A stretch of DNA of 64,000 bases from Balanoglossus misakiensis (GCA_040954595.2 CM082592.2:6807677-6871676), one strand, 5' to 3'; shown: positions 33,001 through 58,153, numbered from the stretch's first letter. The notes: a model not told the origin generated them from the letters alone. Numbers and translations: made by a program.

Positions 33001-35276
33001 CAACAGACAAGGCTGGTGTAAGAACAGATTAGTCATGTTTTGTGCGCTGAACGCTTTTCTGTGAAAAATTTATCAGTGCATGATTCAGGATGCCTGGAGG
33101 CAAAATACTTTAATAGCGGAGTTGTCACCACGCATGTGACAACAAAGCTATGATGAAGTAAACACCCAAATTTACAGCTTTAAAAGAAATGACATACCAT
33201 CTGTGCTAACGTAATTAGGGTCTGTTAATATGAACATTTACACTGTCACAGTTGATGGTGGAAAAAAATCCATTTTTATAATAGCTGATAGAGGCTTTAA
33301 AATTACATGTTGGTAGACGGGATCAAGTATTAGAATATAGCTACAGAATGAAATATAACTGGAATGAAATGAATCAACAACCAGTTCAAATATGAACCCA
33401 GATTGCACTATGTCGACTAATACTGTTCAGAATTATGATTTTTTTTGCTAAGCTTTATCCTTATTCCTCGTCTTCCCATTTCAGCAGATCCATCCATTTC
33501 CTATGAATAAATTATGCCAAAGTAATTCAAAACCGTCTGCTGAGGAAATGCAGAAAAAAAGGGCATTGCATGCATAATTTTGAAATATTTATCCCATAAA
33601 TAATTTCTTGCTGGTGGGATTACGGTGATGTGTTATATCCTATTACTTGTTATGATCCAAAATACTTACAGCACACCTCAGGTTGTTTCCAATGCAGCAA
33701 GGCGGCGGCGTTAAGCATTATGATAAACACAAATATGTCGAGAATATGGGGAAACTAGTAACAGCAGTGGGGGCTCAATCAATAAATCTTATAGTTGCAG
33801 AAGATCAGTGTATCAAGAGAGAAAAGAGATCAATATAGCCTCAGGTAGTTCCCACATTAGCTGCTATATTGGACGTTTAATGGTCAAATTCGCACTTGAT
33901 ATGTCGTTTAGTGATAGTGTGTGTGATAAGCCCCCTGCCCCTGTGGCCATATTTAACGCGGGGGTGATCGCTCACACAGCTAGGGGTGAAATTTTGTTGC
34001 TGTAATCTTGAACATGACCCAGATACCAAACCTCACTGAGCCCTGCAAACCTGCATGTACATGTACACTAAATGACTAAACACCTTCTGTGTGTCTTTAT
34101 GTAGGGCACTATTTTAAAACGCCCTGTAGAAGCTAAACGCCTGTGTAGTATAAAAGTTGAATGGTTTTCACAGCTTTCCTCAGGTGTTCCATCTGAAATG
34201 TCTTCCTCACAATTTCGATCCGTGAGAGTTCCTTTTGATGTTATTTTTTTGACGTATTTGTATGATTTCTGCATACAGACGGGACAGGCCCAGCAGTCAT
34301 CTTGATAGAGAGCGTGACGGCTGCAGATGGCATCCAGGAAGAAGAATCCACCATCTACCGCACCGTCAGCAGCGAGGATGCGGCCTCCTACATGAAGAAA
34401 GACGCTCTCGACCCGAAGGTGCAGCTGCTCGAGAAACAGTTGGCTCAGTTGCAGCACGAAAGGAACCAGGTGGAGAAACAACTCAGGGCTGAGATACAGA
34501 AACTGAGACATCAGGTCTGATCATTTTTTTCTGATGTAAGGGAGAGAGAGGGGAAGGAGGGAGGGAGACGGACGGTGGGGGATTCAGCCTATTATTATGT
34601 GATCAAATCTACCAAATTTTAACCTAATCATGGGAAAAGGCACGTTTGTTAATATCCAATCATCTCCTTGTTTGCCTTGCAGGTGCAAAATCTGACAAGC
34701 TCCAACGCCATGCTGCAACAGCAGCTGCAGTGTACCCAGAATGCAACCCTGCAGCGGCTTCCTGCCGACGCCCAGGCCGACATGGAGCAGCTGATCGGCC
34801 ACATGGAGCAGCAGTACAGCAGTCTGCTGCACCACCACCTCGGGCAGCTCCGACAGAGCTTCCAGATGGAGGAGGAGCCGTCCGACACCACGGAGGAAAT
34901 TGTGCCCTCGGTCGAGCAGACGTCGGACTACGACGCGTCGTCCGCCCCCGCGACCACTCAGGCCATTGAGCAGATTGTGGTCACCACGCAGTCTGCGAGC
35001 GCGGTGGACTTCGGCACCGAGACAGTCACGACCACCGCCCTCGGGGAGATTTGTAGGGACCCGCATCGCGACGACGATATTGTGATCCGAGAGGGCCACT
35101 ACGTGGTGAAGGACAGTAAAACCACCAAAGACGGCGTGCCGGAGCTCGTCATCGTGGAAATCAACAACAAGCACGATGGCGCCGCTGACGAGACCGAAAC
35201 GATTTCGCCTCAAAAGAGGAAAAATGATTCCGACTTGGACAGTCCAGTGGAGGTGAAAAGGAACCGACAAACGTGA
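30007..35276 (+). CDS. uncharacterised protein with two C2H2C2H2-like (Castor-type spacing) zinc fingers and a coiled coil
   Basis: ATGAACACCTTTGTG|gtaag (30007-30021); exons ~30694-30892 (CRDSSC..HMHCPFC..HFRVKH), 31269-31459 (CCEQC..HWHCYKC..HYKTH), ~32558-32807, ~34279-34514 (heptad KVQLLEKQLAQLQHERNQVEKQLRAEIQKLRHQ), ~34683-35276 (stop TGA). Confidence 0.8.
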
Positions 35277-36925
35277 AGGTTTTCAGAGTAATAACTTAAA
35301 TTATCGGATGTGATTACGCACGCATCAGGACAGCAAAACTTTACAGACTTAATCCCCTGTCTGCCGTAACCATACTAGCTGCTGTGTGGCTAAGTGAAAA
35401 ACTCAGAATTCGCTGGCTAACAACAACCCTGCTCCCCCTACATGTTACTCCATAATGGGTCGAGTCCTGCTTATGGCCTTTTGATGGCAGAGTTCATTTT
35501 GCAGTCAAACAGGTGCCATGAAGATACCTGTGATCTTCATTAACATATTTTGAAACTGCCCGACTGCATTTCCAGAACACTACCTGCAACGTACTCTCTT
35601 CCCTTTGTAAAAGAAAATGTCTTGTCTAACAGGTTTTTGAGCAACATAAAGAAGGCTGTATCAGTATTGATTTTGTTGACATTTTAGCAACTGTAATAAT
35701 TTATTCCAAGTGATGCATTTCTATTAAAGGAAACTGGACTTGAGATGAGGTCAAGTAAATTGTAAACATGCGAGTGCTGTTATCATTTTCAGATGTCATT
35801 TACAGCATGCTTCAATATTCTGAACAAGCAGCACACACATCAGTATTATGGGAAATCTTATTCCCGCCCCAGAAAAATAAATATATTACGTCTGAGATCT
35901 GAATGTTGGATGAGTGTTCGATCAAGTGATAAAATATGGAAATAAAACATGAAACAGAAAAAATAACGGAAAATATAATCTCAAAAGAGCAACTTTGCTC
36001 TTTTCAATAGCACACACACACAACCATACTGGCATAAGCCACGCTACGTTGACCCCACTCTTGTGGTGTTGGTTAAACCCTTCTCTCGTTTCCACAAGCC
36101 TTAATAGCTGCACTTCCATTTTCAGCAACAGTAGTGTCAACATCTATCAATGTATGTATGTGCATTGCTGTCATCATTTCTCTAAAGTGCCCTTCATCCA
36201 CTTAATGTTAAGTAAAACGCTCTATGGATATCTCAAGTGCACAAATTCGCAACCGAATACAGTATTGCACTGAAGTGTTGATATATTTGCATGTACATTG
36301 TGTACGTACATCTCAATTCAGGTTGGCATTTTGCACAAGTCATAGCGTGGCGGTTCACTCATACATAAACCTGCCAACCTCTGGCAAGAACACACCTCTG
36401 AGGGCAGCCCAGTCTGCACGCCGCTATGCAAAAGACAGCGTCTGTATTATGGCTACCCGATCAGACTCGCACATAATCCACCCCCTGGCTCACAAAACCA
36501 TATTTGATAAATCTTTGCAATAAATCTGCTTTATACGCCCGTCATGTCTTAATCTGCCCACTTGCATCGTTTGGGATTGCCTTCTCAAAGGACGTCCCGG
36601 TAATGAGGTCACATGTGAGTTATACGCCTGTGAAGTGAAGCAAAAATTGTCCACCGATGACTGTTCCATAATTTTAATGAGCGGCAAGGGTGTGCTTATA
36701 CCCACATTACTTATATAATCATGTTTTCCCCATAGCCATGGGAATCGAGTTATGGACAGCTACAGGCTTACTCTGAATAACCTTTTGTACACAAGGGTAA
36801 CAGCAAATGTCTATGGGAACCAAAGTTTATGATAAATAACGCCTTTGCCGTGATAGCCACAGGACTGCAGTGTACTGTGTGCATTGACACCGCAACGGCA
36901 CCTTGTAGATCTAAATTACTGCATA

Positions 36926-39900
36926 CACAGCTAAAGATTGACAGACCTGCACCAGGATTTGTCTGCACCGGGTCTGTCACATGCGTGCAGCATACCTGCC
37001 CTGTCAGGTATGCTGCATGTCTGACATGCAAGCCATGCACCAGACCTGATCTGTCAGACCTGCCACAGGTCTGATCTGCCAGACCTGCACCAGGTCTGAT
37101 CTGCCAGACCTGCACCAGGTCTGTTCTGACAGGCCTGCTGCAGGTCTGTTCTGACAGGCCTGCTGCAGGTCTGACGTGACAGGCCTGGTGCAGGTCTGAC
37201 GTGACAGGCCTGGTGCAGGTCTGACGTGACAGGTCTGCTGCAGGTCTGACGTGACAGGCCTGGTGCAGGTCTGACGTGACAGGCCTGGTGCAGGTCTGAC
37301 AGGATAGGCCTGGTGCAGGTCTGTTCTGACAGGTCTGCTGCAGGTCTGACGTGACAGGCCTGGTGCAGGTCTGACGTGACAGGCCTGGTGCAGGTCTGAC
37401 GTGACAGGCCTGGTGCAGGTCTGACGTGACAGGCCTGGTGCAGGTCTGACGTGACAGGCCTGGTGCAGGTCTGACGTGACAGGCCTGGTGCAGGTCTGAC
37501 GTGACAGGCCTGGTGCAGGTCTGACGTGACAGGCCTGGTGCAGGTCTGACGTGACAGGCCTGGTGCAGGTCTGACGGGACAGGCCTGGTGCAGGTCTGTT
37601 CTGACAGGTCTGCTGCAGGTCTGACGTGACAGGCCTGGTGCAGGTCTGACGTGACAGGCCTGGTGCAGGTCTGACGTGACAGGCCTGGTGCAGGTCTGAC
37701 GTGACAGGCCTGGTGCAGATCTGACGTGACAGGCCTGGTGCAGGTCTGACGGGACAGGCCTGGTGCAGGTCTGACGTGACAGGCCTGGTGCAGGTCTGAC
37801 GTGACAGGCCTGGTGCAGGTCTGACAGGACAGGCCTGGTGCAGGTCTGTTCTGACAGGTCTGCTGCAGGTCTGACGTGACAGGCCTGGTGCAGGTCTGAC
37901 GTGACAGGCCTGGTGCAGGTCTGACGTGACAGGCCTGGTGCAGGTCTGACGGGACAGGCCTGGTGCAGGTCTGACGGGACAGGCCTGGTGCAGGTCTGAT
38001 CCAGCAGACTGCTGCAGGTCTCGGGCCATATTGCTGCACATGACCTGTTGGTCAGACATGCACCGGACATGCACCACACCTGGTGCAGACCTGGTGAACT
38101 TTAGTTGTGCACAGCTAAAGATTGACAGACCTGCACCAGGATTTGTCTGCACCGGGTCTGTCACATGCGTGCAGCATACCTGCCCTGTCAGGTATGCTGC
38201 ATGTCTGACATGCAAGCCATGCACCAGACCTGATCTGTCAGACCTGCCACAGGTCTGATCTGCCAGACCTGCACCAGGTCTGTTCTGACAGACCTGCACC
38301 AGGTCTGTTCTGACAGGCCTGCTGCAGGTCTGTTCTGACAGGCCTGCTGCAGGTCTGTTCTGACAGGCCTGCTGCAGGTCTGACGTGACAGGCCTGGTGC
38401 AGGTCTGACGTGACAGGCCTGGTGCAGGTCTGACGTGACAGGTCTGCTGCAGGTCTGACGTGACAGGCCTGCTGCAGGTCTGACGTGACAGGCCTGGTGC
38501 AGGTCTGACGTGACAGGCCTGGTGCAGGTCTGACGTGACAGGCCTGGTGCAGGTCTGACGTGACAGGCCTGGTGCAGGTCTGACGTGACAGGCCTGGTGC
38601 AGGTCTGACGTGACAGGTCTGCTGCAGGTCTGTTCTGACAGGTCTGCTGCAGGTCTGACGTGACAGGCCTGGTGCAGGTCTGACGTGACAGGCCTGCTGC
38701 AGGTCTGACGTGACAGGCCTGCTGCAGGTCTGACGTGACAGGCCTGGTGCAGGTCTGTTCTGACAGGCCTGCTGCAGGTCTGACGTGACAGGCCTGGTGC
38801 AGGTCTGATGTGACAGGCCTGGTGCAGGTCTGACGTGACAGGTCTGCTGCAGGTCTGACGTGACAGGCCTGGTGCAGGTCTGACGTGACAGGCCTGGTGC
38901 AGGTCTGACAGGATAGGCCTGGTGCAGGTCTGTTCTGACAGGTCTGCTGCAGGTCTGACGTGACAGGCCTGGTGCAGGTCTGACGTGACAGGCCTGGTGC
39001 AGGTCTGACGTGACAGGCCTGGTGCAGGTCTGACGTGACAGGCCTGGTGCAGGTCTGACGTGACAGGCCTGGTGCAGGTCTGACGTGACAGGCCTGGTGC
39101 AGATCTGACGTGACAGGCCTGGTGCAGGTCTGACGGGACAGGCCTGGTGCAGGTCTGACGTGATAGGCCTGGTGCAGGTCTGACGTGGCAGGCCTGGTGC
39201 AGGTCTGACAGGACAGGCCTGGTGCAGGTCTGTTCTGACAGGTCTGACGTGACAGGCCTGGTGCAGGTCTGACGTGACAGGCCTGGTGCAGGTCTGACGT
39301 GACAGGCCTGGTGCAGGTCTGACGGGACAGGCCTGGTGCAGGTCTGACGGGACAGGCCTGGTGCAGGTCTGATCCAGCAGACTGCTGCAGGTCTCGGGCC
39401 ATATTGCTGCACATGACCTGTTGGTCAGACATGCACCGGACATGCACCACACCTGGTGCAGACCTGGTGAACTTTAGTTGTGCACAGCTAAAGATTGACA
39501 GACCTGCACCAGGATTTGTCTGCACCGGGTCTGTCACATGCGTGCAGCATACCTGCCCTGTCAGGTATGCTGCATGTCTGACATGCAAGCCATGCACCAG
39601 ACCTGATCTGTCAGACCTGCCACAGGTCTGATCTGCCAGACCTGCACCAGGTCTGTTCTGACAGACCTGCACCAGGTCTGTTCTGACAGGCCTGCTGCAG
39701 GTCTGTTCTGACAGGCCTGCTGCAGGTCTGTTCTGACAGGCCTGCTGCAGGTCTGACGTGACAGGCCTGGTGCAGGTCTGACGTGACAGGCCTGGTGCAG
39801 GTCTGACGTGACAGGCCTGCTGCAGGTCTGACGTGACAGGCCTGCTGCAGGTCTGACGTGACAGGCCTGGTGCAGGTCTGACGTGACAGGCCTGGTGCAG

Positions 39901-42839
39901 GTCTGACGTGACAGGCCTGGTGCAGGTCTGACGTGACAGGCCTGGTGCAGGTCTGACGTGACAGGCCTGGTGCAGGTCTGACGTGACAGGTCTGCTGCAG
40001 GTCTGTTCTGACAGGTCTGCTGCAGGTCTGACGTGACAGGCCTGGTGCAGGTCTGACGTGACAGGCCTGCTGCAGGTCTGACGTGACAGGCCTGCTGCAG
40101 GTCTGACGTGACAGGCCTGGTGCAGGTCTGTTCTGACAGGCCTGCTGCAGGTCTGACGTGACAGGCCTGGTGCAGGTCTGATGTGACAGGCCTGGTGCAG
40201 GTCTGACGTGACAGGTCTGCTGCAGGTCTGACGTGACAGGCCTGGTGCAGGTCTGACGTGACAGGCCTGGTGCAGGTCTGACAGGATAGGCCTGGTGCAG
40301 GTCTGTTCTGACAGGTCTGCTGCAGGTCTGACGTGACAGGCCTGGTGCAGGTCTGACGTGACAGGCCTGGTGCAGGTCTGACGTGACAGGCCTGGTGCAG
40401 GTCTGACGTGACAGGCCTGGTGCAGGTCTGACGTGACAGGCCTGGTGCAGGTCTGACGTGACAGGCCTGGTGCAGGTCTGACGTGACAGGCCTGGTGCAG
40501 ATCTGACGTGACAGGCCTGGTGCAGGTCTGACGGGACAGGCCTGGTGCAGGTCTGACGTGATAGGCCTGGTGCAGGTCTGACGTGGCAGGCCTGGTGCAG
40601 GTCTGACAGGACAGGCCTGGTGCAGGTCTGTTCTGACAGGTCTGACGTGACAGGCCTGGTGCAGGTCTGACGTGACAGGCCTGGTGCAGGTCTGACGTGA
40701 CAGGCCTGGTGCAGGTCTGACGGGACAGGCCTGGTGCAGGTCTGACGGGACAGGCCTGGTGCAGGTCTGATCCAGCAGACTGCTGCAGGTCTCGGGCCAT
40801 ATTGCTGCACATGACCTGTTGGTCAGACATGCACCGGACATGCACCACACCTGGTGCAGACCTGGTGAACTTTAGTTGTGCACAGCTAAAGATTGACAGA
40901 CCTGCACCAGGATTTGTCTGCACCGGGTCTGTCACATGCGTGCAGCATACCTGCCCTGTCAGGTATGCTGCATGTCTGACATGCAAGCCATGCACCAGAC
41001 CTGATCTGTCAGACCTGCCACAGGTCTGATCTGCCAGACCTGCACCAGGTCTGTTCTGACAGACCTGCACCAGGTCTGTTCTGACAGGCCTGCTGCAGGT
41101 CTGTTCTGACAGGCCTGCTGCAGGTCTGTTCTGACAGGCCTGCTGCAGGTCTGACGTGACAGGCCTGGTGCAGGTCTGACGTGACAGGCCTGGTGCAGGT
41201 CTGACGTGACAGGTCTGCTGCAGGTCTGACGTGACAGGCCTGCTGCAGGTCTGACGTGACAGGCCTGGTGCAGGTCTGACGTGACAGGCCTGGTGCAGGT
41301 CTGACGTGACAGGCCGGGTGCAGGTCTGACGTGACAGGCCTGGTGCAGGTCTGACGTGACAGGCCTGGTGCAGGTCTGACGTGACAGGTCTGCTGCAGGT
41401 CTGTTCTGACAGGTCTGCTGCAGGTCTGACGTGACAGGCCTGGTGCAGGTCTGACGTGACAGGCCTGCTGCAGGTCTGACGTGACAGGCCTGGTGCAGGT
41501 CTGACGTGACAGGCCTGCTGCAGGTCTGACGTGACAGGCCTGCTGCAGGTCTGTTCTGACAGGCCTGGTGCAGGTCTGACGTGACAGGCCTGGTGCAGGT
41601 CTGACGTGACAGGCCTGGTGCAGGTCTGACGTGACAGGCCTGGTGCAGGTCTGACGTGACAGGCCTGGTGCAGGTCTGACGTGACAGGCCTGGTGCAGGT
41701 CTGACGTGACAGGCCTGGTGCAGGTCTGACGTGACAGGCCTGGTGCAGGTCTGACGTGACAGGCCTGGTGCAGGTCTGTTCTGACAGGTCTGCTGCAGGT
41801 CTGACGTGACAGGCCTGGTGCAGGTCTGACGTGACAGGCCTGGTGCAGGTCTGACGGGACAGGCCTGGTGCAGGTCTGTTCTGACAGGTCTGCTGCAGGT
41901 CTGACGTGACAGGCCTGGTGCAGGTCTGACGGGACAGGCCTGGTGCAGGTCTGTTCTGACAGGCCTGCTGCAGGTCTGTTCTGACAGGCCTGCTGCAGGT
42001 CTGACGTGACAGGCCTGGTGCAGGTCTGATGTGATAGGCCTGGTGCAGGTCTGACGTGACAGGTCTGCTGCAGGTCTGACGTGACAGGCCTGGTGCAGGT
42101 CTGACGTGACAGGCCTGGCGCAGGTCTGACGTGACAGGCCTGGTGCAGGTCTGACGTGACAGGCCTGGTGCAGGTCTGACGTGACAGGCCTGGTGCAGGT
42201 CTGACGTGACAGGCCTGGTGCAGGTCTGACGGGACAGGCCTGGTGCAGGTCTGTTCTGACAGGTCTGCTGCAGGTCTGACGTGACAGGCCTGCTGCATGT
42301 CTGTTCTGACAGGCCTGCTGCAGGTCTGAAGTGACAGGCCTGGTGCAGGTCTGACGTGACAGGCCTGGTGCAGGTCTGACGTGACAGGCCTGGTGCAGGT
42401 CTGACGTGACAGGCCTGGTGCAGGTCTGACGTGACAGGCCTGGTGCAGGTCTGACGTGACAGGCCTGGTGCAGGTCTGACGGGACAGGCCTGGTGCAGGT
42501 CTGTTCTGACAGGTCTGCTGCAGGTCTGACGTGACAGGCCTGCTGCATGTCTGTTCTGACAGGCCTGCTGCAGGTCTGACGTGACAGGCCTGGTGCAGGT
42601 CTGACGGGACAGGCCTGGTGCAGGTCTGTTCTGACAGGTCTGCTGCAGGTCTGACGTGACAGGCCTGGTGCAGGTCTGACGTGACAGGCCTGGTGCAGGT
42701 CTGACGGGACAGGCCTGGTGCAGGTCTGATCCAGCAGACTGCTGCAGGTCTGGGGCCATATTGCTGCACATGACCTGTTGGTCAGACATGCACCGGACAT
42801 GCACCACACCTGGTGCAGACCTGGTGAACTTTAGTTGTG
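36926..42839. mobile_element. tandem tetramer of a non-autonomous TIR element (CAC...GTG termini, TA flanks) carrying internal minisatellite
   Basis: Units 36926-38109, 38110-39482, 39483-40880, 40881-42839 each start CACAGCTAAAGATTGACAGACCTGCACCAGG and end CCTGGTGCAGACCTGGTGAACTTTAGTTGTG (imperfect TIRs); TA at 36924-25 and 42840-41 only. Confidence 0.85.
37115..42730. repeat. 25-bp minisatellite (consensus GGTCTGACGTGACAGGCCTGGTGCA), roughly 190 monomers in four blocks
   Basis: Directly visible 25-bp periodicity with recurring variants (ACGTG/ACGGG/TTCTG; GGCC/GGTC; TGGTG/TGCTG), interrupted by the unique element ends. Confidence 0.97.
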
Positions 42840-45603
42840 TAGGTTTCTTGATTTTTCACATTTTCTCAAATTGTTGGGTCTAAATTGCAGCATGATGATG
42901 TATGAGGGAGATATGGGGTCTTGTCAGAGACCCCTTGGTCCCAGATTCTTCCCTTGTCTCTGTATAATTATATAGGGAGTGATGATGGGGAGCAAATGAA
43001 CCCTATTCCCCTTAATACCCTAACTGTTGAGATAGGGACCCCCTAACTGTAGAACAAAATGATACCATGGGCTGCCAGTGATAAGACAAGCAAAAGGCAT
43101 TACGGGTGAAGTTACTTTCGTGACAAGGACCTCTTTTGTAAACGACTAGTTTTAGCCCATTTCCTGTTTTCTGCAGGAGTGCTGACATCAAGGCCAACAG
43201 GCTCATAACAAGCTGGCACTGCTGTCTGCACTGTGGGCATTTTCAAATCTGACTCTTTTGTGAAAAGAAAGTTAATAAACTACTTTCCCCGGGAGGCTTG
43301 AGATTGATGTCATATTACATGTCCAGTGAAATGCTTGGTTGGGGTCAGTCATATCATATCTGCAGAATCCCTGAGAAAAATAAATTCGGATTCGGGAAGA
43401 AGTAATTTTACACTTCAGTGAAATTCCTTGAAATATAATTCATTGATAAGCTTTGTCGAAATACCTAAAGTGCTAATCACCATTCGTTTTCAGTTGGTAT
43501 TATGCAGAATTAACATTCAGTCGAACATTAGTGCAGTGTTTTAAATCAAAATTCAATTATGTAAAATCAAAAATTCAATCAGTGAGTACACATCTGTGAA
43601 ATGGTCAATATCACCAATTTCCACCCAATCCCATCATGCAATGCAAAAGGAAAGCAATCAAGCACACAACGGCAGTACTTTTCAGAGAACTTAATTTACC
43701 ATTATTTATTATCATTATTATTATAATATTCCAATTTTATAATAACTAACATTTTTTTTCATTGAGTTGGAAAAGATCTTGCCTTCGAGATAAATTCAAC
43801 CAAAACACTTGTGTATAAAGCTGACCTCATTGGCGACAAAAATCTGTCACAGTGATATTGTTTGAAAGGTATCTTACAAAAGTGTGACGAAGTACAGTGT
43901 GTCATGTTACACTCACACCACTGCCAAGAACCGATCTTGCGATCTATGCAAAGTGTAGCAATGAAAATTATTTAATTGTTACAATTTTATGATAATGGCT
44001 ATCATTAATAAATATTCATATCCTTGGACACCATGCAAACACAGTATATATTACTGAAACTATAATGCTTGGTTTGCTGCCGTAATTTGTATTTTACATT
44101 CATAAAAATTAGTTCATTGTTAAAATGGCCGCCATTTTGCAACAGGAGAATTACTTTAATGCAGGTGTGTGTACGTGTGTACACGCAAAATGATGATGTA
44201 AAGCCTGGAATCTGACATTTCCTAATACTCGGATATTTAAAATACTGTTTCATTTTGCAGCAAATTTCCTGAATAAATAAATTACTAATTCCTTGCATTC
44301 AGACTAGCAGCTCAAATGTGTTTATGTTGTGCCCACCCCTTCCAAAAATCTGTGTTTGGCCTAACCCTATCATTTCCAATGGTGTAGCAGGACCCTGCAC
44401 TGTTAAATGGGGGTGAAAGAATTCAGTGTTACTATGACAATGTAACGAGTGTAACATGACCACTGTGACATCTATCACACAAGTAGAGTTTACTTGAAAT
44501 GTTTGTTGCTGCACAATATTCACTGTTGTACAGTGTGTGTGTGTGTGTGTATGTGTGTGTGGGTGGGTACGTGTGGCGCTGTGTTAGCAGTGGTCCTGTG
44601 AAGAAGGCACACCCTTGCAATTGTGTGGCACACAGTAGAGCAGTGTGGTCCCGTGAAAAAAAGCGGGGCACACCGCCGTACGCAATATTTTTTTTCTCAT
44701 TTCACCGTAAAAGACATTTACCAAATCCTACATAAAAATGCATGATGTCATACATCAAAAAAAAATTTCTTTGTACTTTTCATTGTGCAGATGTGGGAAA
44801 GGTTACTGGCCCCTTTGGTTTCCGAAGAATGAAACTGTACACAAAAGCTGATTTCTCTATTGCTACGTGTCATACAACTTACAAAGAATTTGATTCTGAA
44901 ACCCCCACAAACCAGGGGGAGAATATTCATTAACTTTACAAGTGAGTTGCAAATTTGTGTGTATGACATCATGCACCCGACTACTAACAACCCATTCTGA
45001 TTTGTCAAAAGTGTGCAGAGGTCAAAGTTCACAGGTCAGAGGTCGAACCTCTGCGACCTGTAGTTTTCTTGCTCCCCCTGCAGCAGCTGGCATCACATTT
45101 AAATAATTTACATTTTGAAGAATGCCCCCCCTCAAAGATATGAACTTTGGAAAGTGCATACATATAAAGCTGAATGAACCAACAAGGCGATGATGATGAT
45201 GGCAGTTTCCACATAAAAGCATCTGAATCCACTTCAAATTGAAAATGCAAAACTTTCTTTACACAAACCACATTTTTAACTTTTTCAATGCCATTTTAAT
45301 AATGCTGGGACAAAGACAAATTGTAGCCATGAAAAAAAATGGGGTGGAATGGAGTAAAGATATCTCATCCACTACTCTATATATGCCGTCTGTAGAATTC
45401 ATTTTGAGTTGTTTTATTTTACTGTCTTAAAGGGTCCAGTTGGTTAGATTTGACCTTGGGATAGGTCCGGTCAAGTAGACACTTCCATGATGAAATTGTA
45501 AGAGAGGAGAAACAAGTATGAAACATCTTTACACCATCCCTCCCTATCTCAGCACAAAATAGCCTGATCTTACGTAAAAAAATTAAAAATGGGTACCATT
45601 CCA

Positions 45604-45721
45604 TGCAATCTGATTAAAATCAGATGTAGGGAACAGCGACGTGGTTTTTTTAGTGTGAGGCGACAGCATAAAAAAAAAAACAACGTCGCCGTTCCCTACA
45701 TCTGATTTTAATCAGATTGCA
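45604..45721. mobile_element. 118-bp palindromic MITE with 5-bp direct flanks (TTCCA)
   Basis: ~48-bp near-perfect inverted arms TGCAATCTGATTAAAATCAGATGTAGGGAAC(A/G)GCGACGT..; TTCCA at 45599-45603 and 45722-45726. Confidence 0.75.
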
Positions 45722-46314
45722 TTCCACGGTGCAGCAATAGGCTTAATCAAGTTGTCTCTTAAATCTTTTTTTCACTCCACAATATTTTTGTGCTGCTCAT
45801 TGGCAAAGCTTGCATTGCTACATACAAAATTTAACAAAAATAGCTTGCCAATCTCCCCCCATCCCCCCAAACAAGTCATACAGAACATCAAATAAAATAC
45901 AACTACCACCGAAACATCTCCAAATCTCGATGTACATTTATACATAAGAATTCCACAGTCTTTTTTAAAAAAAGAATTTCTATTGATACTATACATATTC
46001 CCTAGAATATAAAAATTTTCGCCAAGCTTCCAAGCTTGTACACAAAGAAACAGATACATCAGACAATGGGTTTTCTTTAATATATAGAATTTTTGTAAAA
46101 ATTCATTTCTTCTGAGTTCCAACGAATTTCAGCACACATAAATATCACACTGAATTATTTAGAACTTGAAAAAACTTAAAATTCAGAAAAAAAATTTTCC
46201 CAGTTCATAATTAACAATAACAATTCCCGGAGTTCTTGGTCAGCCATACCGTACTCCAAATGCATAGCCGATGTTTGGAAATATATATATATGATATATT
46301 TATATACACATTGT

Positions 46315-58153
<11,839 letters not shown>

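Noticed and set aside
34584-35270. 228-aa minus-strand ORF
   Set aside because: Antisense to the last exon of the zinc-finger gene, which has proper splice sites and frame continuity on +
36768-42809. Very long Cys/Pro/Arg-rich minus-strand ORFs (up to 1539 aa)
   Set aside because: The 25-bp monomer has no stop codon on the minus strand so all three frames are open and give the same permuted peptide; period not a multiple of 3; artefact of the minisatellite
36926-42839. CRISPR-like array
   Set aside because: Monomers are contiguous with no unique spacers, no cas genes, eukaryotic context
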